From contig NC_058382.1 in the NCBI RefSeq assembly GCF_018350175.1, positions 59,212,001-59,276,000 of the forward strand: a stretch of 64,000 bases of DNA, read 5' to 3'. The DNA is from Felis catus. Its lineage: Eukaryota. Shown in pieces: positions 49,051-60,491 of the stretch (the stretch's first letter is position 1; each line of letters begins with the position of its first letter). Below the pieces are notes generated by a model. The model was not told the DNA's origin. It saw only the letters and a program-made list of their open reading frames with translations, and made no database searches. The translations under genes and the position numbers were made by a program.

Positions 49051-49517
49051 TCACACGCACCTGCAACCACTGATCTTACGGTCTCCGTGGTTGTGCCTTC
49101 TCCAGAATGTCCTCGAGTCAGAATCATGTCATGTGTAGCCCTTTCGGACTGACCTCTGTCACATACTGACAGGCATTTAAGATTCTTCCATGTGTTTTCA
49201 TGGCTTGAGAGCTCATGTCCTCTTAGCACTGAATAATACCCCACTGTCTGGGTGGGCCACGGTAGATTTACCCATCACCTACTGAAGGACAACTTGGTTA
49301 CTTCCAAGTTTTGGCAATTATAAATAAAGCTGCTGTAAACATCTGTGTGCAAACCATAGTGTGGACATAAGTTTTCAACTCCTTTGGGTAAATACCAAGG
49401 AGCGTGATTGCTGGATCACACGGTAAGAGTATGTTTAGCTTTGTAGGAAACCACCAAACTGCCTTCCAAAGTGGCCGCACATCTTGCCTTCCCACCGCTA
49501 CACTGTGAGTAGTGCCT
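48670..49517 (-). mobile_element. Ancient L1MC1/2-like element (3' UTR plus ORF2 end)
   Basis: GTAGGTTTACAGAAAATTTGAGC...GGGTTCACTCTTGGTG..GGGTTTGACAAATGTATAATGAC; minus-strand translation PLWKAVW..KLNILLPCDPAITLLGIYPKELKTYVH..CTQMFTAALFIIAKTWK is the L1 ORF2p C-terminus. Confidence 0.9.
49001..49058. repeat. (CA)n microsatellite inside L1MC
   Basis: About 21 perfect AC units with degenerate edges. Confidence 0.95.
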
Positions 49518-52269
49518 CCCCGATGAAATGTATAGAGTGGGGCCAGGTATACAGGCGGAGCTCGATGCGGGTGTTTCCCTGCACACAGTTGCTGTCCTGG
49601 CTGAGCCAGCCATCCCCCCCCCCAATCCTGTTCCTTCCTGGGTGGTACAGCCTGGTGAGGAGCTCCCCACAGAGACGGAGTCCAGTGCCCCTCCGGCAAC
49701 CACACCAGTCCAGCTTCTCGGGCACGGGCAGTTCGGTGATTTGAACATCTGCAGGAACACGTGTCCCACTGGTCTCCCGGTGGGGAGGCTGCAGGGGGCT
49801 CTGAAGATGCAATCATGCTGCTCCGGCTTGGGCTAATGTTTCTTATTCCTCATTTGCAAATAAAAATACCCAGCCCATCCAAGGCCAGCAAACAGGGCTT
49901 CCTCCCCAGCTGGCTGCACGCTGCAGCCGTGGTGTAAGGCGGCCCCGGAGGGGCCCGGGCCACAGGAGCACCTGCAAATCCCGGGGCGGGAGGCAGCCAC
50001 GTCCAGGTGAGGCCTGAGCCTGCCCCTGGGCCTCACTTAGCACTTGAGGATGTGGGAGTCACTTTCCCGGGGTCACGGCTGAGGAGGGATGGGGAGGCCT
50101 GCCGAATGGAAAGCCGTGGCGACGGACGCGTACTGCCCGCCTCAGTGAGCTCGTCGCTGGCATCTCGTGACCCTCCGGGCTGCCCGTGACTCGGGTGCCG
50201 TTAGCATCTCCCCGCTTCACAGACACGGACCCTGGCGCTCGAAGCAGGTCTGCGACCTGCCCGAGGCCCCGCAGCGGCTGAGTGCACAAAGCGGGCTCCC
50301 AGCACACCGCAGCCCACGAGCAACTACGGAGTGCCTACTGCATGCTGCGTGCGTTTACACACGCATCCGTGTCGAGGCTACAGCTCGGTGAGGCAGAGGT
50401 CACCGCCCCAATGTGTAGGCGCTGTGCACGAGCCAGGGTACCCGAGCAGGGTCTGCTCGGCAGCAAGCCCAATTCTTCCCACGTGGGAACGTGAGTGTGG
50501 CGTCACTCGTGCTGCCACCGCGGCCCTTCCCGGACCATCTCCATTACGCTGGCAAGTGGGTGGCTCGACTGTCTCTCCAGCGAGACTGAAATCATAAAGT
50601 GCCTTCTCCACAGGCTTCCAGAAACACCCAGCTCAGGGCCCGGGCAGAGGGCCGCTAGAATGCAAGCCGCCATTATTTTTACTCTGTCTCCCCATGCTGG
50701 TCGCAGCGGGTAGAGGCAGGCATCGCCCACCCCCCCCCCCGCCCCAGCTAGGACCCTTCTCGAGGGGAAGAAGGGGAGCTGCCCTCTGCACACACCCGTG
50801 AGAAGCCCCTTTCACCCCCTTCTCTGAACAGCAAACGTCTCGTGGCTTCCCAACCCCGCGGCCAGGCCCCGGTGAGCGTCGGGAGCTCATCAAGCAGACA
50901 GAGGGCAGGAGCCATCACTGAGTCCCATAAAAGCCCCCCCAAGCCCCTCTGGCCAGAACGGACGCCAGCGGGGCGCGCTGGACGGGGCAGAACCCACAGC
51001 ACAGCAGAGAGCATCCCGCTTCCTGATGGGTTCCACGGAGCCCAAGAATGCCTTCACTTTTTAACTAGACCTTCGAGAGGCTTGGCCCAGCGTCCCTCCC
51101 CACCCACCCGAATGGCAGCTCCCTGGCCGCCTCCAGGAGGCTCTGACCTCCTTTTTTAAGAGGTTCCAAATGGTCCCCAATCGTGTCTTTCTTCCATGAG
51201 ACACAGGCAATTTGGGCATCACGGGGGCCTTTGTAGAGACGTCGATGGATTATTTCACGAGAAGGAAGCCCCCTCTTTACACCCCGACGTGGCTTCTGCT
51301 GTGGAGATGAAAGAGAAGGGAAGGCAGGCCTGAAAACAGATAATTCGCGGGACTGTCGGAGCGTGATTTGAATGTCATTCACACCAGGCAGAGGCGGGGA
51401 GGGGGCTGTGGAGCCCGGGGGGTCCCGCTCCAGGGGGAGGCAGGCCGAGCTCTCGAGCGCTGACGTGATAATCCAGCCCACGGGGCCTGGACAAAGCCGG
51501 GCGTTTTGTCCTCACTGTCAGAAGGCCGCAAGCTCAGGAGCAGATGGGGTGGTGTCGGCAGTCGTAAAACGCCCCCACCCCCCCCCCCCCCCCGCCCCGG
51601 GGACGGGCAGGTTAACAGAAGGGATCGGCGCCACGCATGTCATAAAAGCCCTGCAGGCCTGTCATGTTCCGATAAATCTTGATTTTGTAACGGAATAGCG
51701 CTGCGGTTCCCAGCCTTGGGTTTCACAGGTGAGCCGTGGACTGATGGATGGTCTGGGAGCTGGGGGGCGGGGCGGGGGGGGGTGTGTGCAGAGGAAACCT
51801 CACAAGCCACCCCTGCCCCCCTCCCCGGCTCTCCAGCGCCAGGCAGGAAATCCAGCCCGCGGGAGGATATACGGGGCATTTGTTACCTCTCCCGGATCCG
51901 CGCAGGAATGCCGGACGGCAACCAGGCTCCAGCCCCATCACTTGGCCCTCACAGACAGGAATTAAACCGGAGGGGCTCGATGAGTGCCGGCGGCCGTCCG
52001 GTTTCGGCCAGGCTCCTGGGCTCCATTGCCGTCAAACACGGGGCTAAGGCGGACGGGTCCCCGCACGGCCCACACGGGCTCCACTCACCCGCCTGCACCC
52101 AGCATCAACCCCCCGAGGAAGGGCTCCTTTTCGGACCCCGTTGGCCCAGAGGGCGCACCTTTGGGCCATCAGTCCACCCGGAATAGCTGATGTTTTGTGT
52201 GTCGCACGACGTGCCATCTAGCCGGCAAGAACCTCGTTAAACTTTAAACACTTTAAAATGAAGGATGAA

Positions 52270-52487
52270 GGGGCGCCTGGGTGGCTCAGCCGGTTGAGTG
52301 TCTGACTTCAGCTTAGGTCATGATCTCACGGTCTGTGGGTTCGAGCCCCGCATCGGGCTCTGTGCTGACAGCTCAGAGCCTGGAGCCTGCTTCCGATTCT
52401 GTGTCTCCCTCTCTCTCTGCCCCTCCTCTGCTCATGCTCTGTCTCTCTCTGTCGCAAAAACAAATAAAAACATTAAAAAAAAATTTT
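52270..52487 (+). mobile_element. CAN-SINE (SINEC_Fc-type) with perfect 13-bp TSD
   Basis: Full-length SINE; AAATGAAGGATGA at 52256-52268 and 52488-52500. Confidence 0.97.
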
Positions 52488-54219
52488 AAATGAAGGATGA
52501 GAGGGTGCCGGGGTCTTCTGGAGGCAGCAGGTGACGTGACACAGTGGGAGATGCACGTGACCCACGGCCTCTGGTCGAGGGGACAGGGAGCATCACAGGT
52601 GTGCCACTCAGAGTTCAGGCTCCGGTGGTTGTGGGGACGGACTCAGGGCTGCATGTGGTCAGGCCTTCCGACGTTAGAAGGAAGCAAGGACCCGGGTTTC
52701 CAGGAGGGTTCTGATGAGTCAGCATGGAGAAGTCGCTGGAATGTAAGAGAAGGTACCGGCCGGCGTGAGGCCGGGAGAGGAGGCAGGCAGATCGGCCCCT
52801 CCAGTGGCATCACAGAAGCCCCCATCCCCTTCCCCGTCCAGACCCGGGCGAGGGGGCCTCGGCCGGCGGAGGGATGGTTTTGCGCGAGGCCGCACGGGGA
52901 GCTGTGCCTCCAGCTTTGTCTCCCCCTCAAGCAGACATTTTGGAATGTGAGGGAGTGGAAGAGACTTGTTTACAGAAGGGCCCAGAGCATCTCTGAGTTC
53001 GAGGGTAAAAGGCAGTGCTTTCTGAGCTCCCGAGCTTCTCGGCGGTGAGCGGCTCACGGCGGCGGCACAGAGGCTCCAGGGCCCGGCACGCGGACGGACG
53101 GTGGAGCCGCCGGACTGGGTCCGTGCCCATGGAGACGCCCCCAGCCCTAGGGCGACCCCGTCCGCTGTCACCACCAACAAACACATCCCGTCTCTGGGGG
53201 CCGCTCTGCCTCTTGGCCCTTCGGTGCTCTCTACCTTTCAAAACAGGAAGGGACCACCGGACGCCAGCGCTCGTCCGCGGTCCCACCACGGCCTCGGTTG
53301 GAAAACGCCTCACAGCACAGCGGGCCAGTAGGAAACGCAACCAGATAATCTGCCTCATGCGGCCGGCCAAGATCGGGGGCACCTGTTCCCTGCTCAGACA
53401 AGATGCTGGACAGGCTGGGTCTCGGGGGCAACTGGGCCCTGGGGGCTGTCATAATGCTCTGCAGTCAGGCCCCCCAGGTCACCTGCCTGGGGAGCTGGGA
53501 ACACAGGAAAACGGAGGCATATCTGACTTCAAGGAGACGATGCACTGCTGGGGGGGGGGGGGCGGCGCCCCGCGAGCCCCTCCCTGCTGACCTCCAGCAT
53601 CCCAGTTCCAGGTCCTGCTCTGGGCCCCTGCTGGTTCTCTTGGGCTTTGTGCTGACTTCCCCAAAGTTCCTAAAGAGTCCCCATTCTCCTACTTCCTCAT
53701 CTCTGCGGACTCCATTTCCCCTCCCGAAGCCCCTGCCTCCCCTCCCTCACTGGGACCCCAACTCCGACTTATGCCTTCTGCTTCACCTCAACGCATGCCA
53801 TGTGCCTGGTGACTCTCTTCCCTCACCGCCTGTCCGCGGCCCCGCCGGGATCCCCGCCGGGATCCCCCAGGACTCCGCTGCCCCCACCCTCCCCTCCCAC
53901 TGGGCCTTAAGCTCCCTGAGGGTTATGGCCCCCTTGGTGATTCCAGGGTCCCAAGGGGCACTCACCCTGCCACACCAGCAGCTCCAACCAGACGGCACTA
54001 TGGGCAGCCCCCAGGGCTCGGACGCACACCCCAGCTGGGTTCGCTGGCTCGCCAGGCGAGGAGCACCCTGAGACCCTGAGGCACCTTGGAGGCAGTGGTG
54101 ACTCAGCACCGGGACAGAGGAGCCACAAGGGGCTGGTGGCTGGCATCGACTCAGCAGCTCTCTGGTAACCGCGTGCACACCCCTGAGACAGAGCGGAGAG
54201 GCAAGTGCTCAGGGCTTTG

Positions 54220-54390
54220 GGAATGGGGGCTTTAAGGGCGGCAGCTGAAAGGTGTGAGGGGTTCCTTGTAGGGTGACAGAGCGTTCTGGAATTTATCAGG
54301 ATGAATACTCTAAAAACCACTGGATTCTAGGTTTCAAATGGGCGAAACGTGTTGCATGCTGATGATCCCTTGACACGGCCGTTACAAAAG
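54220..54390 (+). mobile_element. Ancient L1MB-like 3' end
   Basis: GGGTTCCTTGTAGGGTGA..GTTCTGGAATT...TGAATACTCTAAAAACCACTG...TTTCAAATGGGCGAA. Confidence 0.65.
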
Positions 54391-54401
54391 GAATGAACGA
54401 A

Positions 54402-54613
54402 GGGGCGCCTGGGGGGCTCAGTCGGTTGGGCGTCCCACTCGGGCTCAGGTCATGATCTCGCCGTTCGTGAGTTTGAGCCCCGCGTCGGGCTCTGTGCTGA
54501 CAGCTCGGGGCCTGGAGCCTGCCTCCGACTCTGGGTCTCCCTCTCTCTCTGCCCCTCCCCTACTCGTCTCTCTGTCTCTCAAAAATAAATAAAGATTTTT
54601 TAAAAAATTTCAG
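54402..54613 (+). mobile_element. CAN-SINE (SINEC_Fc-type)
   Basis: Full SINE; TSD AAAGGAATGAACGAA (54387-54401) / AAAGGAGTGAATGAA (54614-54628). Confidence 0.96.
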
Positions 54614-56594
54614 AAAGGAGTGAATGAAGAACAGAATCCCACGCCCTGTCACGGGTGGCCGTGGATGTGCCCCAGTGCCGTGCTGGCCTGGGACCCACCC
54701 GTGTTTCGAGCCCTAAGCGTGCTGCTTGCCAATGTGGGGCCTTGTCCTCCGGCCTCCTGGACCACTCTTCCCTCCTATAGACAGGGGTGATGAGCTGTAC
54801 GTCTCTCAGAGGACACGGAGACACATAAATACAAGGTAACGGAAGTAAAGTGCTTGGCACAGCACCTGGGTCACTGTGCATTCTCAAGAGATAGTAAGAA
54901 AACCAACAAGAAGAAAGCGATTACTTCTGTCCCCTGCCTGAGTCCGGTTGGAGCAAATGTCCCCGCTAATTCAGCGTTTGCTTCTCCCCTGTGCCGAGTG
55001 GTTCCGTCAGCACCCGGCTTCTGGGCAGGGGAGTGGGCTTCCTTCCCGGGGCAGGGGGTGGGGCGGCCCACTGTGCTCTCCTCCAGGCAGCGCTGAGGCC
55101 TCTCCAAAGATAAGCGCCCGCCCGCTTGCCCGCATCCTAATCTGTGGCAAGACTTCTGGCTCGCGGGCTGCAGCTCCTGGCTGTCGGGGGGGCGAGCGCC
55201 GCCACAAGATTAATGAAGGAGAAGGAAATGTAATAACGCACGGCCAGCCCGCCAAACTGCATAAATCTCTCTGGAGATGGCGCAGGGGACGGATTCCTCC
55301 CCTGCCGGGCCTTGAGAAAGGGCACCCTCCAGGTTAAATGGGGTCTGGGAAACGGCGCAGACATCAAATCACGGCTCACCTGCGCACACAGGAGCCGGTG
55401 GTCGGTGACAAGGGGAGAGCCACCGCCAGCCTGCAGACAGGGTGACGGACGAAGACACGGGCACGGGCTTGGGTTCAAATCCAGGCCTGCCTCTCGCTAG
55501 CTCTGAGACACGGGGCCAGTTCCTTGTAAAATGGGGATCAGGAGGGAACCCCCCCGCCCCCGCCATGGCGGTCTTGTGGGGACTGGCCGCGTCGCCATGG
55601 GCTCAGGATCCCTGGAAGGGCTGCTGTTGTTGCCCCGCATCTGTCCTGCACCGTCTCCCTCAAGCCGCACATCCTCAAGACAGAGGAATGATCGGTCCCA
55701 CTTTCCAGGTGTGTAAACAGAGGCCCAGAACATGGCCTCGCTCCTCCCAAGTCCCACAGCGAGCAGCGCCCGGGCCCCACCGCACTGCCTTCTGGCAGCC
55801 TGAACCACCAACTCCAAACCCTGCGGTCCCTCTCTGTGACTTCTTACATCCTGACCCGGGGCCTCCCACAAGGCCTGCGTGCCGCCATTTGTCAGGACCA
55901 CCTCCCGAACCGTCCGCGGCAAGAACAAACGTCCCCCTCCCGCCCTCCCGTTGTCCCCACAGCACGCCACATTCAAGCGGCCTCAGATCTGGTCCAGCGG
56001 GGGACTGTCCTCCTTTGTTCCTCTTCCTGTCCGGCCCTCCGGCCACCGCCCCTCTTTACCGGACACGTGAGACACCCTCTCGGCCCTGCCCAGGGTCCGC
56101 ACAGCGTATGGGAAGCTCAGAGGTCGGTAACCTGAGCTAGACACCCACTGTTGCTGAGAAGGGGGGACCCCTTAATGGTTCTAGCAGATGCTGCGGGCAG
56201 GGAGGGGCCACAGGCGGCCCCCAACTGCCCACCCGGAGATAACCCCTGACCCCTGCCTCTCTCAATGGGTGAGTCAAAAAGTCCGAGCACTGGGGAGGCC
56301 AATAAATCCTTGGGTGTCGGCCTCCCAGGATTCTGGCTTCCTGCCTGGGAGAAGGTGTCTGACTTTCCTAAAAGAACTCTCTTGCTAAACCCACAGGAAT
56401 CTGCTCAGGCCCTGCTGGGACCGAGGGCCGCCAGGCTCCGGTGCGGGTTCTAGAACGGTGGTGCTGCACAATCCATCTGGGGGCGTGCATGTCGGCACCA
56501 CGGCTGAGCAACGCCACGGGCGGAGACCCCTGGCACAAAGGGGGTCGCTTATGATTCAAGACAGCAGCCGAGCAGATAGCAGGACGGAGCCTTC

Positions 56595-56975
56595 GTTTTT
56601 CTTTTTAAGGCCACATATTCACATGGTTAGAAACTCCAGGCACATTAAGGAACCTACCGCCTCTCGCCTGTCCCCACGGCCACCTTCCCAGGGGTGCTGG
56701 TATCTGCAGAGCTGTTAGGCACACGAGCATATAATCGTACGCGGGTGCGTCCGTGAGTGCTCGTGCTATCCACGCAAGCGCACGCATGCAAAGTCACTCG
56801 AGAACAGGCCCCCTTCTCCACCAGCGGAAGCACATCACACACCATTTGCACCTTGTTTTTTGTTAATCTCTCTTGGCTCTCATTCTGTGTTGTTACACGA
56901 GGAGCACTTAGGTTCTTTTTTATGGCCGTGTACTATTTCCTCAAACGGCCCCCTGCTGATAGGCCCTTAAGGACA
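56595..56975 (-). mobile_element. Ancient L1ME-like fragment
   Basis: ACATATTCACATGGTTAGAAACTC...GCACATCACACACCATTTGCACCTTGTTTTT...TTCTTTTTTATGGCCGTGTACTATT. Confidence 0.5.
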
Positions 56976-59014
56976 CACGCCACTTTTCCATGGATTCACT
57001 TATTAGGCATCCCCACCGTGGCCATCTGGGACTCCCAGTCACTCTCAGGCCCTGTCCCTCCTTTTTCCCGCTCACGGTCCCTGCGCTGCCTTCTCTGCGG
57101 TCCAGCTCTGGCCTGAGGCTCCGTGTGGCTGGGTGACACCCCAGGTCCTGCTGAGAAGCAGTCCTCTTGCTGACCTGACCTGTCACACACACAGCAACAC
57201 AGCAGGTGCCAGATCGTGCTCGGTGACGGGAGGGCGGGGAAAGTCAGTCCACCGTGGGCCGCGAAGGCGCGTTTAGGTTTGCCCGAGGGCACTGCACATG
57301 GAGGAACAGGAGGGGCTCAAGGGAGGACGGGGGGCCTAAAGACGTGGGTGGGCAGCCTGACCCTGTTTATTAGCTGTGTGACCTGGGCCTCCTTCTCCCA
57401 CCGCCTCCGGGCCAGCGCGAGCACGCACAGCAGGAGCCAGAGCCCCCGCCATCCGCTCCTCAGCGGGAAAGTCAGCGCCGCCCGGGGCCACATCCAAGCC
57501 CCACTTCCTAGAGTCAGGCGCCCCCGGGCAGATCCCTTTCCTCCCGGCCTCACTTCGGGGACAAACTGTAGCAACAGTACCCACCCCCCCCCCCCCCAGA
57601 GCCCACGGCCACTCCGCAAACGGGAGGGAGTGGCAAGTGCTCAAGACGTCTTCGCTGTTACTGCGGTCACTGACCTCGTGGTGTGGGTGGCTGTTCTCTC
57701 GACCCGCGGGGCTCCCCTGCGCACGTGGCCCCACACACCACGGCGCGAATGTTCGCAGCCCGCATGAGCTGCCCGGCTGGCAGGCCCAGGGCAGAGGCGG
57801 GGCTTACCACTTCATCATTCCCTCCAGGTGCTCCCGGCCTGCTTCCTCTCCCCGTCCTCACCTGTGTCCTCACACCGTGGCACACACAGGAGGACTTTGC
57901 TGGGCAGGCCTGCCTGGAGGCGGGGGATTGCACCAAATGACCTTGTGACCTCTCTCCCACCCCTCGCTCTGGGATTCAGGATCACCCAGCGTGCACTCGG
58001 GCCAGTGAAATCGGCTCCTCCTTCCGGAAACGCGAGCTTATCCAGCAGTCTTACCGCTCCCCAGGGCGGTCTCAGATAAGGCTCGCCCGGGCTTTCCCCC
58101 CAGGACTTGTGGAAATCTCTGGGTCTGTCTGACATCAGCTTGTGTTCTCCCAGGTCCCACCAATGACCTTCTGCCGACCTGTGGAGGCCGTTGAGAGAAA
58201 ACGTCATCCTTTGCCCTAACCCACTGAACCCTCAAGAACGACGAAGTGACAGAGGCCAGCGTGGCCTTTCCGGAAAGGCCTCGGCCCCCCGCCATCGCCG
58301 TGGCCGAGAGACAGCACCCGTGCCCGGCCGCGCAGCCAGGAGCCCCGGGCAGCCCCTCGCCCTGGAGATGGAGTGAGGTCTTCCTGAGGGGCTTTCTCGT
58401 GCGAGGCCCGGAAGAACGATCAGGAAGGCAGGGGGGCGGCCGAGAGGACAGCCAGAGGAAGAGGAGGAAATGGCCAGCGGAGTCTAGACGCGTTATCTTG
58501 CCCCCCGTGCGGGCACCAGCCCCACACTCATCCATCGTCCCTGGGACCGACTTCCTGCTTCAGGATTTACGCCAATGACTTCACCCTCTTGCTATCTCGA
58601 CTGTCCCGCTGCTGCCCGCTCGGGGCTCTCAGGAATTAGGGGCCAGATAACAAGTCTAGACAGCTCAGAAGTTTTAAATGGATTGTTCCCCGGGGGAAGG
58701 AGGATGGCTAGTAAGGCGGGTCAAGACCGAAGAGCTGCAAAGTGGCCCTCGGTGCGTTCTCAGCCAAAAGCCAAGCCGTGGTGAGCGACGCGGCGCACGG
58801 AAGGAAGGAAGCCCGATCGAAATCTCTTCCACTTGGCCACCACCCTGGAGCCTGAGTTCAAACACCAAGTGTCTCACGTGAGACTCTCACCGGTGCCCCT
58901 GCCTCGCAGCTGGCCTAGAGGCACACCTTCACCCGCCCACTGGGCTGTGCCCTCGTGAGTCCCGCTACCTCGCAGGTCACGTGGCAGCCGCCCCGGCCTC
59001 CTCCTCGCACCCCG

Positions 59015-59417
59015 TGGTGGCGGGACCGCGGACGTCCTACTCCCAGGGCCTCAGAACGTGACCTTATTTGGAAGTAGGATCCTTGAAGATGTCATGAGCG
59101 ACGATGAAGTCATCCTGGCATGGGCCTCCCATCCAACACGACCGTGTCCTTATAAAAGGGGTAAGTGAGCACATAAACACGCACACAGGAAGAGCACCGT
59201 GTGGAGACAAAGGCAGGCTCAGGGTGATACGTCCACCGGCCGAGGAACGTCGAAGATGCCAAGAAACCTCCGAGAGCGGGGGGAGCGGCCTCGGGAGGTG
59301 CCAGCCCTGCTGGCACCGGGGTCTCGGACTTCTGACCTCCAGGCTGGGGGACAGTAAATCCTTGTTGAGACCCCGGCCCTGGCGTACTTTGTTAGAGCAG
59401 CCACAGCAGGCTACACG
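59015..59417 (+). mobile_element. ERVL-MaLR solo LTR (MLT1B/C-like)
   Basis: CCTCAGAACGTGACCTTATTTGGAAGTAGG...GTGTCCTTATAAAAGGG...CTTCTGACCTCCAG...GTACTTTGTTAGAGCAGCCACAG. Confidence 0.85.
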
Positions 59418-60491
59418 GCCCATGTTCCCCAAGGACGGGGCCACGAGGATGAGTGCCTGAGACCCTCAGATAAGAGGCCTCCCCCAAATGCTAACGAGAC
59501 CACCCCCCACCCCCGGTGCTCTTTAGCAGAGCCTCAGATGTCGGCAACCCAGGGCTCCTCTGAAGTCTTCGAAGTCACAAAGCTGTGGGGCCAGCAGCTG
59601 CAGCTGGGGGGTAGGCAGCGGCTCCGTGGGGACACGGGGACTTTTTTCCCGGCTCAAACCACGGCTGGAGTGTTGCCGTCGGCGTCCTGCCTACACTGGG
59701 CAGGGCAGGCACTGCTGGAACACAGCGAGTCCCCAGCAAGCACCGGAGCTTTCTCCACTGTGGGCAACGGCGTGGCTGGCTCACGCGGGCAGGCCACACG
59801 TGCCGGGGGCTGCCGTCCCCGGGAGTGGCCCTCGGCCAGTGACGCGAGAGCTGGCGGGCCACGTTCCAGCTCCCGGAAAAACTGAGGCTGATCCACACAG
59901 CCCCCAGAGTCCCCAGAGGAAGTGAGCCCAGAGTGGTCACCCTGAAGCGGCTCCTTCTCTTTCCGTCTGCTCCACCACCTCCCCCCAGCGCCTCCTGAGG
60001 TCCCCTCCCCCGAGGACCCCTGGCACTCACGCTTGACACCAGCCTGCGTGGGGTCTGGACGGAGACACCGGGAGGTCACAGCTGGCAGCGCAGAGAGAGC
60101 AGGACGAGGACATCCGTCCAGGCAGCACGCTGCACGGACGGCTCTGCATGCACTGACTTCCTTCGGTTTCTCAACAGAATATCTGCCCCCAAATTAAAAC
60201 CAGCGTGATCGGGGTCACAGCCAGAAACTGCTACTTGTGTTCGATACCCATCCTCCTTCTTAGGTGGCAATACTGACTGTCACTAGGTACGTGACGGTCC
60301 TCCCCAAGCACTTCGCATCCCACACTCCACCCTTACTAAAAATGCAAGGTCCCCAGTGCACGTGACTCTGTGTCTCCATTCTGGCCGGTGCGGTGGGAAT
60401 GAACACGATGTCCAGCTCCAGAGCCTGCTGCCTCTCCCCTGCCTCTATCCTGCCGTCAGGAGGCAGATGTGACGAAGGGAGCACCTCTGCA

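Noticed and set aside
52143..52157. CTCF-like GGCCCAGAGGGCGCA
   Set aside because: Lacks the conserved 5' CC of the CTCF core; too weak to call.
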